IMG/VR virus record: IMGVR_UViG_3300044833_000182
Location: 32,109-96,108 of that record
Length of the DNA: 64,000 bases
Reading direction: 5' to 3' (one strand)
Source of the DNA: a virus
Both the position numbers and the translations under genes were made by a program. The notes beneath the pieces were generated by a model. That model saw only the letters and a program-made list of their open reading frames with translations. It did no database searches and was not told where the DNA came from. Shown piece after piece: positions 46,376 to 54,791 of this stretch (position 1 is its first letter; every line of letters begins with the position of its first letter).

Positions 46376-46601
46376 TACTCCACCCGCGCGGGACGCGGGC
46401 TGTGTCGCGGTTGCTTTGACGTACCGCTGATTCGCGAGCAGTACCCGCCGCTTGCCCCGTTCGGCGGGAGCGAGGCCGGCAAGATGCAGCGCAAACAGCG
46501 CAAGCCGAAGAAGGACTGAGCAGACCGCTGTTACCCGACCTCACACCCTGACGCCTCGCCGCCCCGGTCCGGCCGCGGGGAGGGAGGGGAACCTGCCGAC
46601 C

Positions 46602-46630
46602 TTGCGATGACGCTATTGGACGGGTATACT
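46602..46630 (+). promoter_or_regulatory. Sigma70-type promoter of the XRE gene
   Basis: TTGCGA-17-TATACT. Confidence 0.6.
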
Positions 46631-46674
46631 TGGCGTTTGGTTTTGATAGTCGCCCCGGACCGGAGGAATCCCCG

Positions 46675-46926
46675 ATGCCCCACCCTTCACCCCCCACTCT
46701 CGGCGCGCTCCTTCGCGCCGCCCGCGACGGCATGGGCATGTCGCGGGCGGCGCTCTCCCGCGAGACCGGCCTGGACCTCGCCTACCTCGAACGCATCGAG
46801 GCCGACGTGGTCCAGGCCCCGAGCTGGTTCACCGTAGTACTGATCGCCGACGCGCTGGGCGCCGAGCTGGAGGAGTTCCGCCCGGGGGTCAAGCCGCCGC
46901 CGAAAAAGGGCAAGGCGACGGCGTGA
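46675..46926 (+). CDS. XRE-family HTH regulator
   Basis: LGALLRAARDGMGMSRAALSRETGLDLAYLERIE..PS..V..IADALG. Confidence 0.9.
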   Translation: MPHPSPPTLGALLRAARDGMGMSRAALSRETGLDLAYLERIEADVVQAPSWFTVVLIADALGAELEEFRPGVKPPPKKGKATA

Positions 46927-47052
46927 AACTATTTCCGGGAATTCCGCTGCACCGCGCTGTTTTGCTGTATCATTACCGTCTATTGGCTGGTAGAATGAGT
47001 AAGTCAGCCGCGGGAATCCCCCCCCGCCGCGACCCCGAAGGAGACGACAACA

Positions 47053-47340
47053 ATGGCGGCACGCAGAGGAAAAAGAAGTTGGACGGCTGTGTGGACCGTC
47101 TGGACGGCCGGAGGGACCGGGCCGGAGATGTTCGAGAACACCCAAAGCGGTTTTGCGTCCGAAGCCGAGGCTCTGGCGTTCGCCTCTTCCGAAGAGACGA
47201 ACGGAGCAACGAAAGAACGGGTCGAGGCGGAGATCGCTGCCCGTGAAGCTGCTGCTGTGGCCCCCGTCAAGGCATGGGGACAGAATCCCCACCCCGAGGC
47301 GTCCCGCTTCGAGGACGAGGATCGTGGGCGGAACTGGTGA
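47053..47340 (+). CDS. Small early protein
   Basis: AAGGAG RBS; WTVW..FASEAEA. Confidence 0.55.
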   Translation: MAARRGKRSWTAVWTVWTAGGTGPEMFENTQSGFASEAEALAFASSEETNGATKERVEAEIAAREAAAVAPVKAWGQNPHPEASRFEDEDRGRNW

Positions 47341-47389
47341 CATCCCCGCGGCCACAACCGCACAACGCCGGAAGGCCGGTAGAGGAGAG

Positions 47390-47605
47390 ATGAAGATGAC
47401 GACCGCAACTGATCTGATCTGGACAGTCTGGATACCTGATGGCCGTTTCTTTCGGGTTCTCGCCCAATACCCGACGCACCGCGAGGCCGAATACACCGCC
47501 TCTGACATCCGATCCGATGGTCAAGAGGCCGTCGTGACGAAGACGGGCGACCGGACGGACGACGCCATCCGCGCCGGCAATCGTCGTCCCAAGGTGCGGA
47601 TCTGA
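47390..47605 (+). CDS. Small early protein
   Basis: GAGGAG RBS; WTVW..YPTHREA. Confidence 0.6.
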   Translation: MKMTTATDLIWTVWIPDGRFFRVLAQYPTHREAEYTASDIRSDGQEAVVTKTGDRTDDAIRAGNRRPKVRI

Positions 47606-47634
47606 CCACCAATTCGCCCCGGAGGAACGAGACG

Positions 47635-47883
47635 ATGGCGACCATGACGCGCGACGAGAGGCTGACGGTTGAGGATCGGATCTGGACCGCGTGGGAGCGG
47701 TCCAGCGCCATCGCCCAGAACGACTACCATCGCGACTGTGCGGCTGCTCACGCCGCGTGGCGAACTGGCGGCTCGTATTCCGATCTGGAGGCCGCCACAA
47801 AGGCCGCCCTCGCCGCCAGGAATACGGCGGAAGAGGCCGCGTCGGAGACGTACCGTGCGGCTATGCGGTCGTTGCGGTCCTGA
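47635..47883 (+). CDS. Small helical protein
   Basis: TTCGCCCCGGAGGAAC linker. Confidence 0.6.
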   Translation: MATMTRDERLTVEDRIWTAWERSSAIAQNDYHRDCAAAHAAWRTGGSYSDLEAATKAALAARNTAEEAASETYRAAMRSLRS

Positions 47884-47954
47884 CCCCACACCCCCACCTC
47901 ACGCGGCCCCGGCCGCACACGCCGGACGGCCGGCAGACGCAAGGAGACTACTCG

Positions 47955-48128
47955 ATGGCAGACGCAGTGTATGTGGTGCGAGACGCCAGCGGCGAGTACG
48001 TCGCGGACGAGACAGGCGAGCGGCGGACGCCGGCGAGCGATGAGGCGTTCGAGTTCGCCTCCCGGGAGGCGGCCAGCGCCGCCGCCCATCGGGAAACTGA
48101 CCGCGTGCTGGTTCGCGAGGACGAATGA
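47955..48128 (+). CDS. Small early protein
   Basis: AAGGAG RBS; YVVRD..GEY..AFEFASREAA. Confidence 0.6.
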   Translation: MADAVYVVRDASGEYVADETGERRTPASDEAFEFASREAASAAAHRETDRVLVREDE

Positions 48129-48349
48129 TGCCAGCCCCATCGCGAAAGTTCTGCCAGTTCTGCGGGCGAGAATTTCAGCCACGCGACTATCGTCAAGTGG
48201 CGTGCTGGGAGGAGAGCTGCCGGGCGGCGCTCAAGGCCGCCCGGAACAGGAAGAACTATCAGGACAGGACAGGAAGAAAGAAACGATGAGCAAGGACCGA
48301 TTGTCCCCGGTGGCGTGATCGTCCACCCCTGATTACGGGAGGCTGGATC

Positions 48350-48562
48350 ATGTCCCTGACAGACCTGGAAACCGCCTGCAACCGCGTCCTGATCGACTGC
48401 CTCCCGGCCAGCCTCAAGGCCGCAATTCGGGAAGCCAGGGCCAAGGGAGCGACCCGCAAGAACCTGCTTCGCGTGGTCCGCAAGGCGACCGGCGGCCGTC
48501 GCGGTCTGACCGCCCTTGGCGTCGAGGCGCTCCTCGACGAGATCATCCGCGAGAGCAACTAA
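48350..48562 (+). CDS. Small hypothetical protein
   Basis: GGGAGG RBS. Confidence 0.55.
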   Translation: MSLTDLETACNRVLIDCLPASLKAAIREARAKGATRKNLLRVVRKATGGRRGLTALGVEALLDEIIRESN

Positions 48563-48626
48563 CCCCACCACCCGCGGCCCCAGCCGCACACCCGCCGCGA
48601 GAGCGGCAGACGCAAGGAGAACGACG

Positions 48627-48842
48627 ATGGAATGCTTCGACCCGCGAACGAACGTCAACTATCCCGATCACGAGGAATGGGTCACTGAGACTCGCGACTG
48701 CCTCGGGATATGCACCCGCTGCGGAGAAATCTGCGACCTCGCCGCTTGTCGCGTGATGGCCAGGCGCGGCAACGTCATGTGCCAGCGGGCCATGCGCGAA
48801 GCCGGCTACGAGTGGGCCGCGCCCAAGACGGCGGCGCCTTGA
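48627..48842 (+). CDS. Small Cys-rich protein
   Basis: AAGGAG RBS; CTRC. Confidence 0.55.
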   Translation: MECFDPRTNVNYPDHEEWVTETRDCLGICTRCGEICDLAACRVMARRGNVMCQRAMREAGYEWAAPKTAAP

Positions 48843-48883
48843 CGCCCCCTCGCCCGCACCTTCGCCCCGGGAGGAATGAGACG

Positions 48884-49111
48884 ATGACGACTGACCAGGC
48901 ACAGCAGATTGTGGACGCAAGGCACGCGCAAATCGACGCGCGGAACGCCCAGGTTCCCCGCGACGACAAGGGGCGTCTGCCGGAGAAGCAGGCCGGCGCC
49001 TATCGCCTTTTTCCGACGCTGCAAGACCGGGACTACTGGCGCGCCCGCCTCGCTCTGGGGACGATTCCCCCGGACGAAGTTGCCGAACTGGAAGCCGCGC
49101 TCGCCGAGTAA
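48884..49111 (+). CDS. Small hypothetical protein
   Basis: Linker plus GGAGG. Confidence 0.6.
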   Translation: MTTDQAQQIVDARHAQIDARNAQVPRDDKGRLPEKQAGAYRLFPTLQDRDYWRARLALGTIPPDEVAELEAALAE

Positions 49112-49125
49112 CTCCGCACCTTCTC

Positions 49126-49160
49126 CCCCGCGCCGCTTGCCCGGCGCGGGGTTTCTGTTT
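49126..49160 (+). terminator. Rho-independent terminator ending the early region
   Basis: 10-bp stem CCCCGCGCCG/CGGCGCGGGG followed by TTTCTGTTT. Confidence 0.8.
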
Positions 49161-49338
49161 GTACTCAACTCCTTTGCACCCGTCGCTTTATCTTGAACCA
49201 ATCCCCTCCCTGACGTACAATCCCCTGCGCCGTTCCGCAACCTCCGCGCGTGGTTAACCGTGCGTCGGCCATCGGGAGGCGCTGCGTATCGCGCCACCCC
49301 GGGAGCGGCTTTCTTCCAGCCCCGTCTGAGGGCGTTTC

Positions 49339-49887
49339 ATGGCTCGCGCCGACCCATCCCCGACGCCGGAAAGGCTTCCCGAACAATCCTCCGTTCTCAG
49401 CGCCATTGACTATTTCAACCTCATTCGCCGAGAGATTCGGAAGCATCTGCACAGCCCGGGAGTGAACAGCGACGACCTCTTCGGGGAAGCCGAAGGGGCG
49501 GTCGCCGCCGGGCTGCTGACCTACGATCCGGCGAATCCCAAGCACGGCCCGCCCGCCGCCTATCTCACCGTCTGCATCAAGCACGCCCTCTCTCTGTGGT
49601 GCAAGAAGGAAGGGAAGCGCGTCGCCCGCGAGAAGCCGCTGTCAGAACACGCCGAGCCCGTCTCGACCGCCCCCGGCCCCGGCGAGGTCAGCCTGCGCGA
49701 TTCCTTCCTGGCGCTGATGGACCGTGTGCTGGCCGGCCGGCAACTCAAGGTGATGAAGCTGCTCGCGGACGGCTGGCTCGTCTGGGAGATCGCCCTTGAA
49801 CTGCACATCAAGGAAACCACGGTCAGCGTCCACAAGGGAAGGGCCATTGCCACCCTGCGGAAACATCCTTTTTTCCCGCTGGCGTAA
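49339..49887 (+). CDS. Sigma70-family factor, probable late-gene activator
   Basis: DDLFGEA..LLTYDP..AYL..CIK; LAGRQLKVMKLLADG..EIA.ELHIKETTVSVH; own TTGAAC-17-TACAAT promoter; sits just before the late block. Confidence 0.8.
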   Translation: MARADPSPTPERLPEQSSVLSAIDYFNLIRREIRKHLHSPGVNSDDLFGEAEGAVAAGLLTYDPANPKHGPPAAYLTVCIKHALSLWCKKEGKRVAREKPLSEHAEPVSTAPGPGEVSLRDSFLALMDRVLAGRQLKVMKLLADGWLVWEIALELHIKETTVSVHKGRAIATLRKHPFFPLA

Positions 49888-49993
49888 AGGTTTTCGGCCC
49901 CGGAGAGGCGTATATAGGTAGGGACAGAAGAGAGAGACATACCATCCGGAATGTCTGGTGGTGCTGCGCGCCGTGGGGGAAGCGAGGTAGAGC

Positions 49994-50686
49994 ATGCCTG
50001 CTTCCGAGAAACCGTCCGGGCAAGTGGGTCAGCAAGGATGGGTGCCCTCCCCTGATCCGACGGAGATGACCACCCGGGCGCTGCTCCGCGAAGTGGCGAT
50101 GCTGCGGGAGTTGATGGAGTCGCGCATCAACTCGCAGAAGGAGGTAGTGGAGACCAGGTTGACTGCGATGGACAAGGCGGTTGTTCTCCTGCAAACGTCC
50201 ACTGAATTGCAGCGGACTGTCATCCTCTCCCAGGTGGAGCAGCTTAAAGACCTTCATGGGGAGAAGTTCCAGGGCGTCCAGCGGCAGTTCACGGAGCGCG
50301 ACGAGCGGACGAAGAGCACGGCGGAGCTGAACCAGAAGGCCATCGACGCTGCCTTGCAAGCCGCCAAGGAACTTGTTGGGGTACAGGCGAAAAGCAATGA
50401 GCAGACGAACGCCAAGACGGAGTCGATGCTTGTGAAGCAGGTTGAAGGGATCATCGACCTGATCAAGACGAACGCCCTCAGCACGAGCGACAAGATCGAG
50501 GCGAACGCGAAGAGCGCCAACGACCGGAACGACGGGATGAAAGAGCGCATCGCGATGATGGAGAGCCGGCAATCCGCGTACGAAAGCCGGGGCAAGGGCG
50601 CCGGCGACATGTGGGGCGTGATCATAGGAGTGATTGGCGTTGTCGCCGCTGTGGCGATTGTGGTGGCGACGGTGATGCACAAGTAG
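49994..50686 (+). CDS. Coiled-coil protein with a C-terminal TM helix (possible holin/lysis accessory)
   Basis: Heptad-rich body; GKG..WGVIIGVIGVVAAVAIVV. Confidence 0.7.
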   Translation: MPASEKPSGQVGQQGWVPSPDPTEMTTRALLREVAMLRELMESRINSQKEVVETRLTAMDKAVVLLQTSTELQRTVILSQVEQLKDLHGEKFQGVQRQFTERDERTKSTAELNQKAIDAALQAAKELVGVQAKSNEQTNAKTESMLVKQVEGIIDLIKTNALSTSDKIEANAKSANDRNDGMKERIAMMESRQSAYESRGKGAGDMWGVIIGVIGVVAAVAIVVATVMHK

Positions 50687-50857
50687 AGGGGCCGTCCCGT
50701 GTGCTACCTCCTCGCCGGCGGCATCCTCCTGGCTTCGCTCCTGCTCGCCCTTCGCCTGCTGAAGCGCCGCCCGGAGAAACGGTTGACTCGCCCGGTGCCG
50801 CCGCCGCCAAGGCTGCCGCGGCGCTACGTGGATGAGGAATGACCCAAGGGATTCATC

Positions 50858-51841
50858 ATGGCAGTGGTCAAGGTCGCAGTACCGAAGCTGAACATCACCG
50901 CACACTTCACGCCACGGCAAGCGATGCGCCGCCGCGGCGTGTTCCGCGAGTTTCAGCACACGGCGCCCATCATCCCGGCCACGGTGCTGCCGGTGGATTG
51001 CACGGGTGACGGCAAAGTGATCGCGCTGATGGATCACAATGACGCTTACGGAATCTGCGGATTTGCGATGGCAAATCACGTCGATGGGATCTGGACGTTC
51101 GGGCAGGGCAAGCCCGGGTGGAAGGAAAGCGTCTGCGATCAGGACGCCTTGCTGGCGCAGTACCTGCGGGTCAGCGGCGGGGACAACGGCGTCGATGAAG
51201 CGATGATGGTCGGCTCGGGCGGCGCCTGGCGCGTCGGCATCGCGGGGAACCCGGCGGCGTGCATCGTGGACGCCCTCGACATCGACGTGGCCAACATACC
51301 GCTCGCTCAGTTTTGCATCGACAACTTTTACAACGTGTGTATGGCCTGGTCGGTCCCTGACGACTTCATCAAGGGGTTTGACACGGGCACGGTGTGGACC
51401 AACGCCGACACACCCAATCCCATGAACGGCCACTACACGCCGTTGGCCGACGTGCGCACTGACGGCCTCTACCGTCTGTTTTCATGGGGCACCTGGTGCT
51501 GGGTCGGCCCGAAGTTCGTCGCCAGCGTGCAGCCGCAGTGTTTTACGGCGTTCTCCGCCCGCCAGTTCGACCCGGCCACCGGACTCGACAGCAAGAATCG
51601 GCACGTCACGACCCAGGCGAAGGTGTGGTCTTCTTGCGGTGGCAACGCCATCCCGGCCAGCGTTATCAACGCTTTTCCGCCCCCGGGTGGGGTTGTCCCT
51701 CCTCCGCCACCTCCGCCTCCTCCCCCGCCTGTGGGGCCAACGGAGGCCAAGGTCCAGGCGGCCGTGGACGTGCTGTTCTCTCGTTACAGGCGCGTGACGA
51801 AGCAAATGATCGACGCGGCCATTCAGGGAGCATTCCGTTGA
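50858..51841 (+). CDS. Papain-like cysteine peptidase
   Basis: ND.YG.CGFA (Cys), NGHY (His), FSWG; poly-Pro linker. Confidence 0.75.
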   Translation: MAVVKVAVPKLNITAHFTPRQAMRRRGVFREFQHTAPIIPATVLPVDCTGDGKVIALMDHNDAYGICGFAMANHVDGIWTFGQGKPGWKESVCDQDALLAQYLRVSGGDNGVDEAMMVGSGGAWRVGIAGNPAACIVDALDIDVANIPLAQFCIDNFYNVCMAWSVPDDFIKGFDTGTVWTNADTPNPMNGHYTPLADVRTDGLYRLFSWGTWCWVGPKFVASVQPQCFTAFSARQFDPATGLDSKNRHVTTQAKVWSSCGGNAIPASVINAFPPPGGVVPPPPPPPPPPPVGPTEAKVQAAVDVLFSRYRRVTKQMIDAAIQGAFR

Positions 51842-51848
51842 GGAAGCG

Positions 51849-52037
51849 ATGGCCAGCAAGGCGCAGTTGGAGAAGGTGTCTGAACTGGAAAAAGCCGGGT
51901 GGAAAGTTCTTCCCCCGCTTGATCCGGGAATGATGGGCGCTCCTGTACCGATGCAGTCGCCAGATAAAAAGACGTGGCTGGTTCACGAGGACGGCCACTT
52001 GACAGTCTCGCCCGTTCCGGAGCATTCACCACCATGA
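51849..52037 (+). CDS. Small hypothetical protein
   Basis: GAGGA RBS. Confidence 0.55.
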   Translation: MASKAQLEKVSELEKAGWKVLPPLDPGMMGAPVPMQSPDKKTWLVHEDGHLTVSPVPEHSPP

Positions 52038-52252
52038 CGGACAAGATCAAGGCGAAGCTGATGGCTCACGGCGTTCCGGCCGACCACTGCGACCGCCTGG
52101 CGGCGCTGCCCGCCGCCGCGCGGAAGACGGTGAATTGGGACGTGCTGCTGGACACTGCGGTTAAGAATGGTCCGGCAGCAATTGCCGCACTGCCGGGGCT
52201 GATCGCGCAGATTATCGCGATTTTTACTCCGTCTGTTCCCCAGACGCCGTAG
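52034..52252 (+). CDS. Small amphipathic protein with a recoded C-terminus
   Basis: VNWDVLL..KNGPAAIAALPGLIAQIIAIF. Confidence 0.7.
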   Translation: MTDKIKAKLMAHGVPADHCDRLAALPAAARKTVNWDVLLDTAVKNGPAAIAALPGLIAQIIAIFTPSVPQTP

Positions 52253-52338
52253 CGGAACTACGGATAATCCGATAAAATGGACCCGCAGGGTATGTAACGC
52301 CCTGCGAGTCCGGTTGCAACCTTTCTGAGAGGCTGCTC

Positions 52339-53022
52339 ATGTCAAGGATAGGAGTCCGCGGGAAAGACATCAAGGTCGAGGATAGCTTCGGAAGGTGGAC
52401 CGTTATTGGCGGTCGAGACATGATCGCCGAAGGAACGCTCGGCAAGACGCGCCCCGCCCATCTGTGCCGGTGCAGTTGCGGCAAGGAAAGGCTGGTCAGA
52501 GATGGAGCTTTGACAAGAGGAGAGTCGATCAGTTGCGGATGTTATCAATCGGAAGTGGTGTCGGCAGCAGCCCGGAAGAGAAACACGACCCACGGAGCGA
52601 ACCGCACCAGACTGCATCGTATCTGGCACGGCATGCTTACCCGATGCAACGATCCGGAGAACGAGGATTACGGAGGGCGAGGGATTTCGGTCTGTCCGGA
52701 GTGGCACGACTTCGCGGTTTTTCAGACATGGGCGCTAGCTAATGGCTACCGCGATGATCTTCAGATTGACCGATTCCCAAACAACGACGGCAACTACGAA
52801 CCGGGAAACTGCCGATTTGCCACGAACAAGGATAACAACCGTAACAGACGGGATAACGTTCTCCTGACGGCCTGGGGTGCAACAAAAACGATAGCAGAGT
52901 GGGCTGAGGATTCGCGCTGCTTGATCAGTTACGATTCGTTGGTGTATCGAGTCGGAAAAGGCAAATGGGATCATGAACGAGCGATTTCGACGCCGTCCAG
53001 GCAGCACAAGAAGAAGCTGTAA
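52339..53022 (+). CDS. HNH-type homing endonuclease 2
   Basis: FGRWTVI..CRCSCG..SISCGC..THG..TRL..IW..M..RC..YGGRGI.VC.EW..IDR..NNDGNYEPGNCR. Confidence 0.92.
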   Translation: MSRIGVRGKDIKVEDSFGRWTVIGGRDMIAEGTLGKTRPAHLCRCSCGKERLVRDGALTRGESISCGCYQSEVVSAAARKRNTTHGANRTRLHRIWHGMLTRCNDPENEDYGGRGISVCPEWHDFAVFQTWALANGYRDDLQIDRFPNNDGNYEPGNCRFATNKDNNRNRRDNVLLTAWGATKTIAEWAEDSRCLISYDSLVYRVGKGKWDHERAISTPSRQHKKKL

Positions 53023-53023
53023 G

Positions 53024-53125
53024 CTTGCGGAAGTCGTCAAGAACGGTCCGGCGGCGGCTGCTGCCCTGCCCGGCCTGATCGCGGCGATTCTGGCGATCTT
53101 CTCGCCGCCCGCCCCGACGCCCTGA
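53024..53125 (+). pseudogene. Orphaned original 3' end of the 52034 gene
   Basis: EVVKNGPAAAAALPGLIAAILAIFSPPAPTP* duplicates ..VKNGPAAIAALPGLIAQIIAIFTPSVPQTP*. Confidence 0.85.
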
Positions 53126-53158
53126 CGCATCCCGGCCGCGCGCCCGGGACGGGTATAC

Positions 53159-54475
53159 TCGGCCGGCCACCAGAAAACAGTTTCAGTTATGTGGATAAAT
53201 GGAGACGATTTTGCTACTGCTGGGCTTTCATTTGACAGCGGTAATATGGGATAATAGCAGGTATGGTCATGCACCAGCGCTGCTATCGATTCCGTATGCA
53301 ACCCAACCGGAAGCAAGAACAGTCTCTTGCTCGTCTGGCAGGTGCGCGTCGATGGGTATGGAACTGGGCGCTTGCTCGGCGGAAGATGTACTTTGCCGAA
53401 CATGGCAAGGGTATTTCAGCGGCGCAGCTTTCCCGAGAATTGACGGCGCTGAAGGATCAGCCAGAAACGGCGTGGTTGCGCGAAGTCCACGCGCAGGCGC
53501 TGCAGCAGGTTTTGCGCGACTTGGACCGGGCGTTCGTCAACTTCTTCGAGCGCCGCGCCGGTTTTCCGCGATTCAAGAGCCGCAAGCGATCTATCCCGTC
53601 TTTCCGCATTCCGCAACACGTCAAGGTTGCGGACGGCAAGGTGTATGTTCCGAAGATCGGCCTCGTGCGAATTCGCCAATCACAGGCGGTCGAAGGCGAG
53701 AGCAAAAGTGCCACCTTCAAGCGGGACGCCTGCGGGAACTGGTACGTTACGCTGGTTGTTGCCTTTACCATGCCGGACGTTGCGTTGCCGCCGCCCGATC
53801 CGGAGAAGGTTGTCGGCATGGACGCTGGGCTGAAGGACTTCATCGTTCTGTCCAACGAGGAGCGCGTTCCGGCCCCGCAGTTTTACCGCAAAGCGCAGAA
53901 GAAACTACGTCGCGCCAACAAGGCATTTTCTCGACGGAAGCGAGGGAGCAAGCGGCGCGACAAGGCGCGACGACGGATTGCCCGCATTCAACAGCAGACG
54001 GCGAACAAGCGGCAGGACTTTCTGCACAAACTGAGTACGGACATTGTCAAACGGTTCGATGGCGTCTGCATCGAGGATCTGAACGTCAAGGGCCTTGCGA
54101 GAACAAAGCTGGCCAAATCGTTCACCGATGCCGCACACGGGGAGTTCAGACGGATGCTGGAGTACAAGTCGCTCTGGCATCGCAAGCATCTTGTTGTCGT
54201 GGGGCGATCCTTCCCCTCGACGAAGACTTGCAGTGCGTGCGGCGCGGTCAACGACAACCTCACGTTGAAGGATCGGCAGTGGATCTGTCCGGCGTGCGGG
54301 GCTATTCTGGATCGCGACCTCAACGCCTCTTGCAACATCAGAACGGAAGGACTGAGAATCTTGGCCGTGGGGCACACGGACAATAACGCTCGGGGAGTCT
54401 TTATAAGACCTTGCGCAAGCGGGGCAGTGGACGATGAACCGAGAATCCCGATGCCGCAAGGCTAGGGAGTGTCAA
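53159..54475 (+). mobile_element. IS200/IS605-family non-autonomous element 2 (left boundary approximate)
   Basis: Right end GAAT-hairpin-GTGTCAA ending at 54475; AT-richer left end. Confidence 0.75.
53263..54465 (+). CDS. tnpB: RNA-guided endonuclease TnpB
   Basis: YRFRMQP..G..RWVWN..L; RuvC GMDAG / IEDL / DRDLNAS.NI; CSAC..CPAC. Confidence 0.95.
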   Translation: MVMHQRCYRFRMQPNRKQEQSLARLAGARRWVWNWALARRKMYFAEHGKGISAAQLSRELTALKDQPETAWLREVHAQALQQVLRDLDRAFVNFFERRAGFPRFKSRKRSIPSFRIPQHVKVADGKVYVPKIGLVRIRQSQAVEGESKSATFKRDACGNWYVTLVVAFTMPDVALPPPDPEKVVGMDAGLKDFIVLSNEERVPAPQFYRKAQKKLRRANKAFSRRKRGSKRRDKARRRIARIQQQTANKRQDFLHKLSTDIVKRFDGVCIEDLNVKGLARTKLAKSFTDAAHGEFRRMLEYKSLWHRKHLVVVGRSFPSTKTCSACGAVNDNLTLKDRQWICPACGAILDRDLNASCNIRTEGLRILAVGHTDNNARGVFIRPCASGAVDDEPRIPMPQG

Positions 54476-54514
54476 TCGGCCCTCCCGGCGCCGGCCTGGA
54501 CCACGAGGAAAGCG

Positions 54515-54772
54515 ATGCCGCCACTGAAGGACATCCTTGGAAAGCCGGGGCAAGGGATTCACTTTCATTTCCTCGGCATTGCCGTCCTTGACGTGCTGGC
54601 GACCGTGCTCCTGGGAGCGGCGATGGGCTGGTTGACCTGCTGGCTGACTGACTCGATGCCAATGATCTGGTTTGTCGCGGTGCTGTATGTCGTGATTCTG
54701 TTCGCGATTGGTGAAGCACTGCATCTTATCATTGGCGTCGATACGACGGTCGCTCGATGGTTACAGGAATAG
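54515..54772 (+). CDS. Small membrane protein
   Basis: ILGKPGQGIH..DVLAT..GEALH..GVDT; two TM segments. Confidence 0.7.
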   Translation: MPPLKDILGKPGQGIHFHFLGIAVLDVLATVLLGAAMGWLTCWLTDSMPMIWFVAVLYVVILFAIGEALHLIIGVDTTVARWLQE

Positions 54773-54791
54773 GTTGGGAAAGGGGCGAGTA

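Larger units (their letters stand above)
45108..46519 (+). pseudogene. Small Zn-finger gene split by IS630
   Basis: Removing the IS gives MIRRCRHCGVPY-STRAGRGLCRGCFDVPLIREQYPP.. Confidence 0.75.

Noticed and set aside
45119-46519. 466-aa plus-strand ORF
   Set aside because: Antisense to the IS630 transposase; only its last ~47 codons belong to the interrupted phage gene.
49823-51433. 536-aa minus-strand ORF
   Set aside because: Shadow of the coiled-coil and peptidase genes.
52150-53125. Duplicated segment as a DGR template/variable repeat pair
   Set aside because: Differences are mostly synonymous and not adenine-specific, and no reverse transcriptase is visible in the window.
28063-54465. 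TnpBs as nuclease-dead TldR regulators or Cas12
   Set aside because: Both keep the RuvC D-E-D residues and IS-type right ends; there is no CRISPR array.
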